Notes under the pieces: generated by a model
Database searches by the model: none
What the model saw: only the letters and a program-made list of their open reading frames with translations
What the model was told of the DNA's origin: nothing
Translations under genes and position numbers: made by a program
Source of the DNA: Mytilus californianus
Lineage: Eukaryota
Assembly (NCBI RefSeq): GCF_021869535.1
Contig: NW_026262734.1
Coordinates: 81,654,001 to 81,718,000, forward strand
Direction of reading: 5' to 3'
Length of the DNA stretch: 64,000 bases
Shown: piece by piece, positions 1-12,900 of the stretch
Numbering within the stretch: the first letter of the stretch is position 1
Layout: each line of letters begins with the position of its first letter

Positions 1-862
1 ATCAACGTCTTACATGTGTTGTAAAAAAATGAAATGAATCTATTTATTTATATCACTTTTTTTCTTTTGATAATATGTACCTTAAACTTTCGACTCTGTC
101 TGTCTATATAAGAGTAATAGTCATGATATTGCATTAAACAATTGGTAATGTTTTGATATAAAGACATGTTACAACAATAGTTCAACACACGTTATGAATT
201 ACTCATATACACTGTAAAATAAAACAAAATAAAAAAAATATATACATAAGTGAATCATAAGACTAAAGTAGAAATTTGAATGAAATCTACATGTATAAGA
301 GAAAAGTGACAAATTCTGTTGTCTATTCATTTGATCGAATCATAAAGATTATGATCTTACAAGTTGTTTTTATTTTTTTATAAAATTCCCTATGAAAAAA
401 GACTTTACTTACATTGTTATGAATCACAGTTTTTTTAAAAATTCAGGAATAATCCGCCTAACTTCTATTTATGATAAAAACAAAAGTAACATTAACCGTT
501 ACCTTGATGAGATTTGCTCGTTAAATAATAAAGATTCTTTAAATGATCTGAGAAGTATATACCATTTCAGCTGGTCTTATGTTGTGATGTTTCACGACTG
601 TGTCAGATAAGGCCTACAAACATGTTTAATCCCTTCATGTTATAATGTGCCTGTCCTAAGTCCGGAACCTGTACTTATGTGGTTGATGAGGGTTGATGTG
701 TATCATATTTGTTTTTGTCTATTGTTTTGAGCATAAATCAGGTTTTCTTGTTTGAATTGTAATGTCGGGGACATTTATAGCTTGTGACACAGTTCGCGAA
801 GGATATGTTCCAATTGTTCAAAATAATGTTGTAATCACAATCCTGTCCTCTTTTCCCTGAAT

Positions 863-1108
863 ATGACCTACCGAACTAACATAATGATCAACATGACGGC
901 TAACACATGTGGAGCAGGATCTGCTTACTCTTACTCAGCACCTGATAACACCGCCGATTTTTGGTGGAGTTCCTGTTGCTCAGTTTTTAGTTTTCTATAT
1001 TGTGTTGTGTGTACTGATGTTTGTATGTTTGTCTTTTTCGTTTTTTGCCATGGCGTTTTTCTACTTTCGAATTCGAATGTCCATTTGATATCGTTCGCAT
1101 CTTTTTAA
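863..1108 (+). repeat. Interspersed repeat family; related copies at ~45030-45190 (+), ~51460-51660 (-), ~12920-12980 (-)
   Basis: Shared GGAGCAGGATCTGCTTAC...GTTTTCTATGTTGTG...GCCATGGCGTTGTC blocks. The small ORFs over these copies are spurious. Confidence 0.7.
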
Positions 1109-1384
1109 GGCCAATAACTTTTATTTGAGTCATTTTTGAAAGAGGTTCTGATTTGACTATTTCCGTGATTTATTACTATGAAAGCTTTTTGAATAAAGTG
1201 TTATACGAGAGAAATTGGCATGATCGGGCATTTGGGTACTAAAAACTTGAAGTGCCCTCTTTAATTGCCAGATACAGACTGCATGAACTTTGATCTACTA
1301 TGCAATTTAATTTCTTCGAAGACGAAAATCTCTTTTGGCTTTTTTCCTCTTTGCGACAACATGTAAAGAGTGTAAGGAACTTGA

Positions 1385-1680
1385 CTAACCAACGTTACAA
1401 TTTGTTGCACTTAGAGTAGGACTGCATGCATTTTTAACTAATGTGGTGTCCAATATACTTACGTCTATTGTGTCGTAAAGGCTTTTGTGAAATGCAAAAG
1501 TTTTTTGTTTTGTATGTGCTACTGCTTTATTTACTTTTTTTGCAGTAGGTTTAACACTTTTTGATTTCGTCATACGCATGCGTTTCTTAAGACAGTTTTT
1601 TATAACTAAAATTCCAAGTAAAACATTAATCACAGATGAAGCTCCAGAATATAACATAAGTAACTCTGTCTTTGATATAC
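1385..1680 (-). CDS. Terminal exon of the left receptor: TM helix, basic stop-transfer, truncated Tyr-motif tail
   Basis: ctaatttattag|GISKTELLMLYSGASSVINVLLGILVIKNCLKKRMRM...SLYDTID...CNVG*. Homology to the right paralog resumes in another frame at ~1345-1230 (KKLNCIVDQSSCSLY). Confidence 0.78.
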
Positions 1681-2360
1681 CTAATAAATTAGAAAGATTT
1701 GTTATTACAGTAATCATTAGTCGATATAATCTGATTTATATTTATTACTATTCAAACAAATTTAACAACACAATTTTGAATTTAGATTATCTCCTTTTAT
1801 TGGAAAAAACTACAACTTTATAAAAGTTGTAATTAAAAAATGTAAAATTTCATAGAAAAAAGAGACAGAAGATACCATGGGGAAAATCAAACAGACAAAT
1901 CCATAGTCCCAATTCCCAAAAAATATAAACCAATAAGACAAACATCAGTCCACAAAACACTACCCAGAAAATTAAAAATGTATCTGCACAGCTCTAAAAA
2001 CTAGGGCGAGTTTTGCAGCATTAATAAAATAAAGTTAAAGTATATAGCAATACATTCACATATGATAAGAATGTCTGCAGGGGTTACATAAGCTGATCTT
2101 TAACAGGGCTACTAAACATCTGAAGTATTTTTAAGAAAAGAAATTAATAGTTCTTGGTATACTAGGACAAAATTCACTGTCTCAATGTTTTTCTAGTATT
2201 AAAAAGATATATATGAGAAAAAAAATAAAACTCTTATTTCGACTTAAATGTTAAGTTTGCAGACTTTCAGATTAAGTTAAGATTAAAATGAGAATTTATT
2301 TTATTAACTAGTGTTTTATCTTTCACCAATACTTATGATATATCTAAACTTTAATTTTAC

Positions 2361-2441
2361 CATCGTTTTGCTCTCCGTTATGTACCTTCGTCACACTTTC
2401 TTCTGAAGAAATATCTTTATCTGCATTTGATTTGGTTATCA
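2361..2441 (-). CDS. Stalk exon of the left receptor (phase 1 to 1)
   Basis: aatttgtag|ITKSNADKDISSEESVTKVHNGEQND g|gtaaaa. 81 bp, open. Confidence 0.68.
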
Positions 2442-2794
2442 CTACAAATTAAGATAATGTATTACTGTTCAGACAGTTCACTTGTAGTCAATTGAGATCA
2501 TTTCAGTATATTTTCAGACTTTTCAGTAGTGTTGTTATTTAACTTTGCAATACAATAGCATACTGAATTGTCTGGGAAGGTACTATACAGTACTAGATTA
2601 ACTACAAGCCAAAAGTCTAAACAGTACTAAATTAACAAGACATATATGAAAAAAAAATTCAAAATCTTACTTCGACTTAAATGTTTAGTTTGCAGACTTT
2701 TTAGATTATGTTAAGATTAAAATGAGAATTAGTTTCATTAACAAGTGTTTTGTCTTTTAACAATACCTGTGATATCTCTTAACTTTAATTTTAC

Positions 2795-2871
2795 CATCGT
2801 TTGCTCTCCTTTATGTACCTTCGTCACACTTACTTCTGAAGAAATAGCTTTATCCGTATTTGATTTGGTCA
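2795..2871 (-). pseudogene. Duplicated stalk exon, frameshifted copy
   Basis: 77 bp, TKSNTDKAISSEVSVTKVHKGEQ. Lacks one base relative to the frame of 2361-2441. Part of a 434-bp tandem duplication. Confidence 0.6.
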
Positions 2872-5370
2872 CTAAAATTTAAAAAAAACTTATTAATGAA
2901 AATATGATTAAAAAAAAAAGATTAAAAGTATACATGATTGATTATTTCACACTATATACATTATATGAAACAAGAAACATGGACATGCAAAAAACACACA
3001 TTAATTTAAATTTTTGGTGTTATTGATAAAATATTTTTAATTCCTTCTGTTACTTGATAGTGTAATATTATTTATACAAAACAAAATATTAATAATTATA
3101 CTGTATCAATATATCCAGTAACACAAATATTGTGATCCTTAAATTGGTGTTCAAAAAGCAAAACACACAATCCCTCTCCCCGGTCGATGGGTTTTCAGGA
3201 AACATGTGATATGATTTTTTATTGGAACAAATACGGTAGTTAAAGCAAAACATAACGTAATGAATTTAAAGAATAATTTAATAAAATATAATGAAATTCA
3301 TACCAGTTTTGGAGATTATGTATATATTTTTTATAGGTCAATAGACAGATTTCGTATTAACGTCTTAACGTGATAAACACAGAGGGGATTGTAACATTTA
3401 TTGTTTTAGTATCCTAATATACGGTATTACAAAAACTTTTAAAAAATTAAACCTATTTTTGTTTGTTACTTTCAAGATTCCGTAAATGATGAATGTACCA
3501 TGATGTCAACATTTTTATTTGTTTTAAATAACAAAACCCTTAGGTAATGGTTTTTCAATTTTCAAACCAATATACAATAGATAACATTTAACCCATAAGC
3601 CATACATTACGTTTATAAGGCAGTTTAACTTTTAATAGCAATGCTTCATACAACGTTGCTTTTCAATTCAGACATTTTTATTTTGTCTATGGCTTTCTTA
3701 TCGCCAATTTATCAAATCTGGCTGAGTTCGACACAATAAGATTACATTTGAAGTTAAGTGCACACCTGTGAATAACATGTCCCGTTCCAACCGTTGCTTC
3801 TGTTGTAGTTCAGTGTCTTTGTTGTTCCGTTGTTTTTCTCTTATAGTTGATGTGTTTCCCTCGGATTTAGTTTGCTACCCGGATTTGTTTTCGCTTAATC
3901 GAATTTTGACTATTGAACAGCGGTATACTACTGTTACCCTTATTTTTTTCTGAAAGAATTTTGTCTGGAAAAGCTATAGACTTGTTTATTTTGCTCCGTG
4001 TTGAAGGCCTCACTGTGACTTTGAGTTGAAGAACGCTGTTCCTCTGCTTTTTGTGTGTTTTTTGTTGTACATCTACGGATTGTGTGTCATGGATGGATAC
4101 CCCATATCCTTTATTTTTCTATCATACATCTAATTGAGTTGATATAATAGTATCTATCTATTTTAACGAGACAGTTAGAAAGTTACAAAAGACAAATAGT
4201 TTTCACGCATATAGAATGGCTTTATAAAAAAAAATGTTATCTCTTCCCGATTGATGGCTATAGATAAAATACTTTGCTGAACCAATTGAATTAGAAAAAG
4301 TACAGAAACTTTCTAAAAATATATACATGATATACGCAGAGTTTTATGTTTGAAAAAACCCTAACAGATTTGGTTTTTGGTTTCTTTCAGTATTGTCATA
4401 AAAAAATCTTTGAGTACGAATCGCAGAATATAAAATTAAATGAAAGTCAAATTCAGGTTATCATCAATGGTTTTCTTGAACAGTCTTGCAAAAAAGATAT
4501 AAGTATCTCATTTAAGAAATCTTTGAGGTAAACATTTCACAGTAAATTATTTTCTAACCATGTCAGAAACTTTCTCAAAGTATGGATGCAGAGTTTATGT
4601 TTTGAAAAAAATACCCAACCGATTTGGTTTTGGTTTCTTTAAGTATTGTCATATAAACATCTATGATCACGAATCGCAAAGTATAAAATTTAATGAAAGT
4701 ATCTTGCAATGTCGTCATCAATGTTTTGGGGACTGTTGTTTTTTTCATCATATTTTGTTATCATTATTAATTATGTCTTTATTCGATCAAAATTAAAAAT
4801 ATAAAAGAATCGTCCTATTATTTTTTAAACATTCATAAAACAAGACATACGTGTACTTGTAGTCTCTTTTTCTACACACCCTATGACATTGTCACATATG
4901 AAATAAAAATAAAAATCATGAATGATAAGAAAAAAATATTTATGTCAACCGGGTTTTCGATGTGTTGATAATACCAAAAAGTGTCTATGAACATTTTGTT
5001 TTTGTTTGTAAGTTAAAAATGTTTTTTTTAAAACGTGACATCAAGTTGTAAAAAATATTTTTGTTAATAAAGATAATAACATGCAGTTGTATAATTAATG
5101 ATAATGATAATGATGAAAATAACAATAATAAAAACAATAGTATTTTTACTAATAATGACAATATTACCAGTAGTAGCAACAATAATAACTTCTATAAATA
5201 ATGATAAAGAGTTGATCCGGAAAGTGAAACTTAGAAAATAATATTCAATATCGACATTGACACTAAGAATTACAAATATTGCGACAATCAAACATATATT
5301 ATGGATTAAAAATAGAACATAAGGTACCAAATGCTGGCCAAACAATAATATATATATATATATATTCAAA

Positions 5371-5468
5371 AGTGAGAAAGATCTAAGAATGAGGGCTTCA
5401 AATATACAGCACGATATATTCAGAAGTGAGAAATATCTAAGAATGAGGGCTTCAAATATACAGCACGT
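5371..5468 (+). repeat. 54-bp tandem duplication
   Basis: AGTGAGAAA.ATCTAAGAATGAGGGCTTCAAATATACAGCACG occurs twice. Confidence 0.9.
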
Positions 5469-6344
5469 GCGGACGAGTAAAGTCAGTACATTAAACTCTG
5501 AAGATTTGCTATGCTGTAGTTTTTGTAGAATTTTAAATTTTAGTCTTTCAATCACTAATATATTTGAGGACTTATAGTGCATACTTTATACTTCTCGAAA
5601 CCACACTCCAGCCTCCTAATTGGTGAACTGGAGACTTAGACTACATAGGAATATATATTAAGTCATTGTGTCATACTCAAACAATATTTATATAAATGAA
5701 TATCGTTTACCTATGAAACAATAGTAGCAAAAGGGGATCGCAAACGTGATGTTTTTTACGTGCAAATATTGTAGTTATACGCGCAAATGTAATGCTTCGT
5801 TTTCGGTTGAGGTTTCCCTTACACAAATATGTTTGTCACAGTTGACATGGATTTGTCCCATTTGTCGCAGTCACTACACTACCGTGCACTGTTTCACTCT
5901 TTTTTGACAAATAACTGATTACAATCTCATTTTGCATCGGCTTCATATATGTGCTGCATTAATGTAGCAAAACCTTCATACCTATCAGAAGCTGCATATT
6001 TTTTTCCCAAAATGTATCTAAGGTCTGTGTTGCTATGCATTTGGTTTTATGTGCATGGTTATTTTTCTTACAGCTGTGTTGTCTATCTTCCTGCTCCATT
6101 TGATTTATATTTATCAAAAAATTGATATTCAAGACATTTAATATTTAATAATTGTCATATTGAATAGCAACAAAAATTACCCCAGTTTTTATTTCCTAAA
6201 GCAGGAGATAGCTGTCTCATGTACATATTTTTCCTACTGTAGTAATATAGGTTATAATGAATTATCTATTGGACGTAAACATACACATACACGAATAAAA
6301 TTCGAATGATTTAATGCTTAGTTTCTGAGTTGAAGATCTTGTTA

Positions 6345-6799
6345 GGTGTAATACCACCAAATCATAGTACGGTTGCATACGAAAATAGGTCTAAAAAAAT
6401 ATTCCCTTGAATTTGACAGTTGTAGGTAATTGATCCTACATTTCATTGCAGTAAAACATTTCTGGGTCATAAACATATATCTTGGGTATTTCAAAGCACC
6501 ATTATTATTTTATTTGGGGTTTCTATAAAATATTTTGGAAACTTGAAGTTACATGGTTACTAAAGCTTGTACACAGGTTAAAAAAGGGGAAAAATTTGAT
6601 TGGTTAACTTCCAGTGATGGTTATTTTCTTATATGCAATGAAATGTTATGTGAAATTTTTTTTATAGTACTGGACAGGATAAAACTTTACTCATGCCAAG
6701 TATTTCTTTATTTGAAACAAAGATAAATTCTGCACAATTTTTTGAAAAGTGCAAATTTAACAAAGACTAATAGGGGAAAATCAATGGTGGTATTACACC
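6345..6799. mobile_element. MITE copy 1 (Tc1/mariner-type, TA TSD)
   Basis: TIR GGTGTAATACCACCA...TGGTGGTATTACACC flanked by TA on both sides. Confidence 0.88.
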
Positions 6800-7701
6800 T
6801 AATATGGGAATCTGTACATGCACTTTTGACCTTGTGAGTACTCTCGTGTGTTAAAATTTCTTGCTATTTAAGTGAAATATTACAAATAATGAAATATTCT
6901 GAGTGGATTGAGTCTCCAAAACACATTTTATAAGAACATTTCCTTGAAATAGGACTTTACCATGAATATTAGTTGACAGAACAAGCCATACTTAGAGTTT
7001 GGGTGAGCTTTTTCTCCTTATTTATTATATTCTGCTATACTAGAAATTTTTTCCTAAGAAATACTTAAATAAATATATAGTTTTAAGTAAATGAAATTAT
7101 TTTTAAAGCAGTAACAACAAATTATTCACCAAAAGAGAAGCTTTTTATGTCCCTCTCTGGGACGCGGCGTAAATTTAAGTTTTACGTAAGGACTTATTGA
7201 AACCTCCTTGGAGACAGCAAACTTTTATACGGATAGTTCATTCAGCTTGAATACTTCAATTATTCATTTATTTTAACATTTCTATCATAAATGAGTGAAA
7301 GTTACCCCAAAATTTTTATTTATTGGCCTAAAAAGTAGAAATTTTGAGGAAATGAGAGGTATAAATGGACCAAAAGAGACCTTATAAGGAAGAAAAAGAG
7401 GTCCATTAGTACTATTTATCATCCTAAAGTCATCTTTTGTATCATATTCAACTGTTTGTAGGCAGATGAGATAAATATTTGATCATTTATTGGTCCACAC
7501 AATATTCTATCATGATGCGGCTGGGTTTGGATTTTTAGAAGAAATTTTGCTCGAATCGCTGTAGATGTCGTCTAACATTATACTAGATTTTTCTCAAATT
7601 ATTGACTGATTATGACAAAACTTGACAGGAAAGCTTGAAATAACCAGTATTACAAAGGAAAAAATTCACATTCAGTTTATTTAACAAAAAAGTCTTCTTT
7701 A

Positions 7702-8164
7702 GGTGTAATGCCACCAAATCATAGTACGTCACATCCGGTTGCATACGAAAATAGGTCTAAAAAATATTCCCTTGAATTTGACAGTTGTAGGTAATTGATC
7801 CTACATTTCATTGCAGTAAAACATTTCTGGGTCATAAACATATATCTTGGGTATTTCAAAGCACCATTATTTTTTTATTTGGGGTTTCTATAAAATATTT
7901 TGGAAACTTGAGGTTACATGGTTACTAAAGCTTGTACACAGGTTAAAAAAGGGGGGAAATTTGATTGGTTAATTTCCAGTGATGGTTATTTTCTTATATG
8001 CAATGAAATGTTATGTGAAATTTTTTTTATAGTACTGGACAGGATAAAACTTTACTCATGCCAAGTATTTCTTTATTTGAAACAAAGGTAAATTCTGCAC
8101 AATTTTTTGAAAAGTACAAATTTAACAAAGACTAATAGGGGAAAATCAATGGTGGTATTACACC
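7702..8164. mobile_element. MITE copy 2
   Basis: Near-identical to 6345-6799. TA on the left, TG on the right. Confidence 0.88.
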
Positions 8165-8194
8165 TGTTAAACATTAAACAAAAATTGGAGATAC

Positions 8195-8271
8195 CCTGAA
8201 GTTAACTTCACTTGTAATGGAATCATTTGCCATGTAATTTCAAGTGTTGGTCAAATAGTATCTCATGGGAT
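8195..8271 (-). pseudogene. Possible decayed exon following the EGF-like exon
   Basis: Strong acceptor ttttcttttgtacag and a GT donor, but no frame is open throughout. Confidence 0.3.
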
Positions 8272-8499
8272 CTGTACAAAAGAAAATCAAAAATAACAAT
8301 AGAGATACTACCAAAAGTGTCCATAAAATATTTATTTTGAAAAACAAGCATCATGCATTCAGATAAACCATCCGACCACCTATGTATTTATATCATTACC
8401 ATTATATTAGTTTATAATGTACTATCACATATTAGTGTTATAATTAAATAAGGTTCAATATTTTTGTTCAAAATGTACAATCCATCTAATCATTCTCAC

Positions 8500-8608
8500 C
8501 CTTGCAAATCATTGCAATTACAGTCTTGTTAACAGCCTTTACCAAATAAATTAAACGAGCATGGTTCATAAGCTTTGCCATTCCTTGACTGGTATCCTAG
8601 TTTACATT
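8500..8608 (-). pseudogene. EGF-like exon of a MEGF/scavenger-receptor-like gene (left paralog), with a stop
   Basis: acatttccag|ECKLGYQSRNGKAYEPCSFNLFGKGC*QDCNCNDLQ gg|gtgaga. TAA at 8531-8529; a Tyr sits where a Cys is expected. Confidence 0.72.
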
Positions 8609-9602
8609 CTGGAAATGTATCAAACTGTCAATTACTAAATGGTAAATATTTATGTAATTTACCATTAAACAAACAAAAAAAAACAATCAATCAATCATTT
8701 TTAGATATGCTATATAGGAAGAGAGTACATGAAAGCAGTAATTTGATTTGACGTAACCATTTCAATCTTTAGATAAAGCGGCCTTTTATAGAATAAGAAT
8801 ATAATTTTTCAGTATCGAAAAGTGTGCAACTGCCTGATAAAGTTTGACTTTAAATTTACATTATGAGTTATGAGGTTGAACCACTGAAATCGACACTATA
8901 TAAAAATACGATCACCATCACAAATTGGTTGACCGATACGATGTGTAGGTGTCTTATCTCACCATCGACATAGTTTCATGGTATTAGATCTGAAAATCCC
9001 AGAGTAGTAGTAGAATTAATAATTCTACCGATTATGTCCTATTCTTGGTAGTGACATTTTTATTGAGTGCGAATTCGCATGGCGGGTAATACAGATATAT
9101 TGAAGATGTAGGAGACGCTTACAATGTCGACGCATCTGGTCTCGCTTCTTTTGGAGTTCATGTGTTTCCCTCAGTTTCACTTTGTGACCTTGATTTGTCT
9201 TATCCGAAACGATTTATGAGGTTTGAACAACGGTAAACAACTGTCGCCTTAACTTAATACTTACCGATGTATTTACCGTTGATTTCTTCATAGTTCGAAC
9301 AACAATCATATTCTCAACTTATATAACAAATAACATTATTACACTTTATGTCAAAATGCCAGATTTTGATTGGTTAATACGCGGGAAATAATTTACTCTG
9401 TCCCATGGCTTCGCCTCAGTTGACAATGTTTTCTCGGGGTAACAATCTGCTCTATCACCCTCTCAGCTATGTGTTATTTATATAATGAATTGTGCCGTAT
9501 TAACACGATAGGAGGAGGGTTAATTGAGATAATGATTTAGAACAATGATGAGTTAATAATAGTTAGTTTCATCATTACGTTTTGAAAATGTATGGAAATG
9601 AT

Positions 9603-9770
9603 TCATTGATTGATTGGTGTTTAACGCAACTGTTAGCACTTTTGTGCAATATCGTTGCAGTAGGTTTTTATTGATGGAGGAACCCGGAGTGCCTGGAGAC
9701 AACCACTGATCTTCGGTTGGAAAATTGACAATTCTAAACTATTAAGACTGGAATCGAGTGCACCTGCAAT
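9603..9770 (-). mobile_element. V-domain SINE remnant
   Basis: GGAGGAACCCGGAGTGCCTGGAGACAACCAC is the reverse complement of the V-SINE core, followed on the minus strand by a (CAAT)n-like tail. Confidence 0.6.
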
Positions 9771-10177
9771 AATAATCGTTTTATGGACATACCGTCTGTC
9801 AATTGTCTTACCAGAAATACATGTATGCCAACCTGATATAATTACTCAATTGTGCAACACTATCCTTGCATGGTATAATTAAGTTAACAAAACGATAACA
9901 CAGATGGCTTGAAGAAGATTATAATGAAAACGTTAAATATGTCTGGACAGCATTCTAAGCATGCAGAGCCAAGGCAAATGGTCATCAGCCTTTATATATC
10001 AGTCCGAATTGACCAATGTTACAAGAAAGGATCAAACTTGTCACAACAATTAAACATTCCATAAATATAATCCAGCAATGTGTTAATTTTTCTGAGACAT
10101 GTATCAATTATCACTTGTGTTCAATTGTTTTTTTTTTTTTTGCTTTTGCAAAATCGGAACAGTGTAACTAGCCAATT

Positions 10178-10563
10178 AAATTGAGAATGGATATTGGGAA
10201 TGTGTCAAAGAGACAACAATCCGACCAAAGAGCAGAAAACAGCCCAAGGCATCTAATGGGTCTTCAACACAGCGAGAAAATCCCGCACCCGGAGGCGTGC
10301 TTCAGCTGGCACCTTAACAAAGATGTGTACTAGTTCAGTGATAATGGACGTCATACTAAACTCCAAAATATATAAATGAACTAAAATTTAAAAAAAAACA
10401 TACAAGACTGACAAAGGCCAGAGGCTCCTGACTTGGGACAGGCGCAAAAATGCGGCGGGGTTAAACATGTTTTGTGAGATCTCAACCCTCCCCTTATACC
10501 TCTAGCCAAGGTAGAAAAAACAAACACACAGCAATACGCACAGTAAAACTCAGTTTAAAAGAA
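10178..10563 (-). mobile_element. 3'-terminal fragment of Naiad subfamily 3
   Basis: Highly similar to 37806-38190. Confidence 0.8.
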
Positions 10564-12296
10564 CCGAACCATATTTCGAGCAAAAAAAAAGTTTGGTTTA
10601 AGGTCCTTATATTGAAATAGCATCTTTCAGAACCTGAAGTGATCGTTTAGAAACAGTGGTTGAACAAGTTTTCGATCAAGAAGACAAAGTACTTATTGAA
10701 TAGCAGAGTCTTTTATGACGCTATCATGCATCATGAGGTTACAGTATTTGTAATTCTCATTTTTATGCAAAAGATCCTGAACTTTTACTGAGGAACGAGA
10801 CCCTGGTGAGAACTATGTTACATTGAACAAATTGAGTAATGAAATAGAAATATAAAGCCCCCTTAAAACACAAATGGTCTGCAACATTACAGATTGAACT
10901 GGACATTTTGATGTGAGATAATTAAGAGAATGTTCCTTCTAGGTTTACAAAGATTCCATTATACTGCTTATTCTTCGGTTCTTTGAATTAAACTTATGGC
11001 TTCCAGTACCCCTGCGAGATATTATGCCAAGTGTTATAAGTGTTGCAAACGTAATTTGAAAATGGTAAATGTAGAATAATCCCAAGAGTAGAATAACACA
11101 ATTGTAAAAGGTGAAAATGCGCGACAAAAATATATTTGAGCTTATTATATAATTGATTTAAATTTACAAGTACAAAATATGCTTGGATTGATTTAGAAAA
11201 ATTTAAACTTAAAATTATGCGTTGAGATAACTCAAATAATTAAACTTTATAATTAAAAAAAACAGCAAATTTTGTATTTATAACAGAAAGAACACGCATA
11301 TACGGTCATCTCCTTTTTTTTCTTATTTTCAAAAAATATTTCAAGAGAAAGGCAATACCATGGCAACAAAAACAATAGAGAAAGGGCAATAATCAAAAAC
11401 AAGCATTACAAATAAAGCTTAAGAGTATAACATCTTTTTTCTTATTTAATTTCCAAATTCTGACATTTACTTTTCTATTCATAATAATGCTTTATTCCGA
11501 ATGATTCTTACTAAATGTGTCAATTTCTCACAACCCGTGCCTTGAAAACCCAATCGCTTACTAATGTCTTAAATGCAAGTTTGTTGAATTCTGTCCCATT
11601 GTGGTGTGTTTGCTTAGAAAATAATAGATGTATTAGACATTACATGCAAGAATTCAAACCAGTCTGAAATGGGATTGGCAATTGAGTATTTTGATTAATT
11701 AGTCCAAGTAGTTGTGATGTATGGGAAGACAATTTTAATTTGTTCATTGAAGCATTCCTGTTTGGTCCATATTAATTAATATAAAAAATACCATCAGCAG
11801 ACTGCATGATTAACTGGACTACTTGATACTCTCCCTTACCAGGGACAATAGTGTAACAATACAAAAATAATAAAAACCATGTAAAAATCAGTTTGAAATG
11901 GCTTGACTCATCAGATCGGTACGAAGCACACCAATATTATAACATAAAGACATAAAGACACAAAGTACCGATCTAAGAGTTCTCGCCGTTACTGAAAGAG
12001 AGTTTAAAGACGTCATAAACAGTTTGCAGTACCAAGATATTAGTACATAATGTCGTCATGATATCGGACCATAATTTATTATAAATTTAAAGTAATCTAT
12101 ATTTAATAGGGGTGGCAACGAGTACTCGAGTACTAGGATAATCGTTTGCCTTTCATAAATCTTGAGACATTTTCCCTAACTTTAATTCCTTTTGAAATAT
12201 CCCCTTCACAACTCTTATTACTGAACAAGAGCAAAATTAAAAAAAAACCCACGCAACTTATTAAAGACATTTGTAACGGTGTTTGTACACGGTTCA

Positions 12297-12520
12297 ATAC
12301 AGGCAACAGTAGTATATCGGTGTTCAAAAGTCATAAATCGATTGAGAGAAAACAAATCAGGGTTACAAACCAAAACCGAGGGAAACACATCAACTTTAAG
12401 AGGAAAACAAAGGAACAACAGGAACACCGAAGTGCAACAAAAACAAACGCCAACACACATAGAAACGAACTATTTGATAACAACTGCCATATTCCTGACT
12501 TGGTACACAGCAAAAAATGT
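12297..12520 (-). repeat. Interspersed repeat family; related copies at ~3770-3940 (+), ~9150-9250 (+), ~60060-60090 (-)
   Basis: Shared GGCAACAGTAGTATA..G.TGTTCAA and GAGGGAAACACATCAAC blocks. Confidence 0.7.
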
Positions 12521-12524
12521 AACG

Positions 12525-12900
12525 CATGTTTACCACATGTTTTTGAAAACGTATGGTAAACATGCGTTTCACCAAATGTTTATTATGTGTTTTGAGTAAC
12601 AGGTGGTAAACATGTGTTTGAAACCATGCGTTTCCCATATGTTTGAAAAATATGTGGTAAACATGTGTTGATGAACGCATGTGAAACACATGTTTACAAA
12701 ACGCATGAGAAACATACGTTTGACCACATGTTTACCATATGTTTTAAGAAACACCTGGTAAACATGTGTTTGAAAACATGTGGTTAACATATGTTATGAA
12801 AATCACCTGGTAAACGCATATCTTGAGTAACACCTGGTTAACATATGTTTGAAAACAGGCTGTTAACGTATGTTTTGAGTAACAACCGAAAAACATATTT
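12525..12900. repeat. Degenerate quasi-palindromic minisatellite (AAACATGTG/GGTAAAC units)
   Basis: Short units recur in both orientations, with more than a dozen CANNTG hexamers. Confidence 0.75.

Noticed and set aside
4985-5582. ORFs of 172 aa and 65 aa
   Set aside because: They arise from an AAT-rich low-complexity tract, an (AT)n run and a 54-bp duplication; the composition is not protein-like.
5740-5910. Cys-rich minus-strand fragments as a piggyBac C-terminal domain
   Set aside because: Needs several frameshifts, and there is no transposase core or TTAA-flanked TIR nearby.
11005-11135. Hydrophobic minus-strand ORF as the signal-peptide exon of the left receptor
   Set aside because: No in-frame ATG and a weak donor. 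Plausible by position but unsupported.
11400-11790. Candidate C1q-domain last exon of the 22151-23052 gene
   Set aside because: The position fits, but only faint fragments (IVFPYITT, VMSNT) are visible and stop density looks random.
11881-11930. CTGATGAG (minus strand) as a hammerhead in Naiad-type terminal repeats; similar at ~36323 and ~49098
   Set aside because: No stem II followed by GAAA and no stem III/NUH could be built. Naiads are reported to lack canonical hammerheads.
12133-12790. Cluster of overlapping ORFs on both strands
   Set aside because: They overlie an interspersed repeat and a minisatellite that happen to lack stops.
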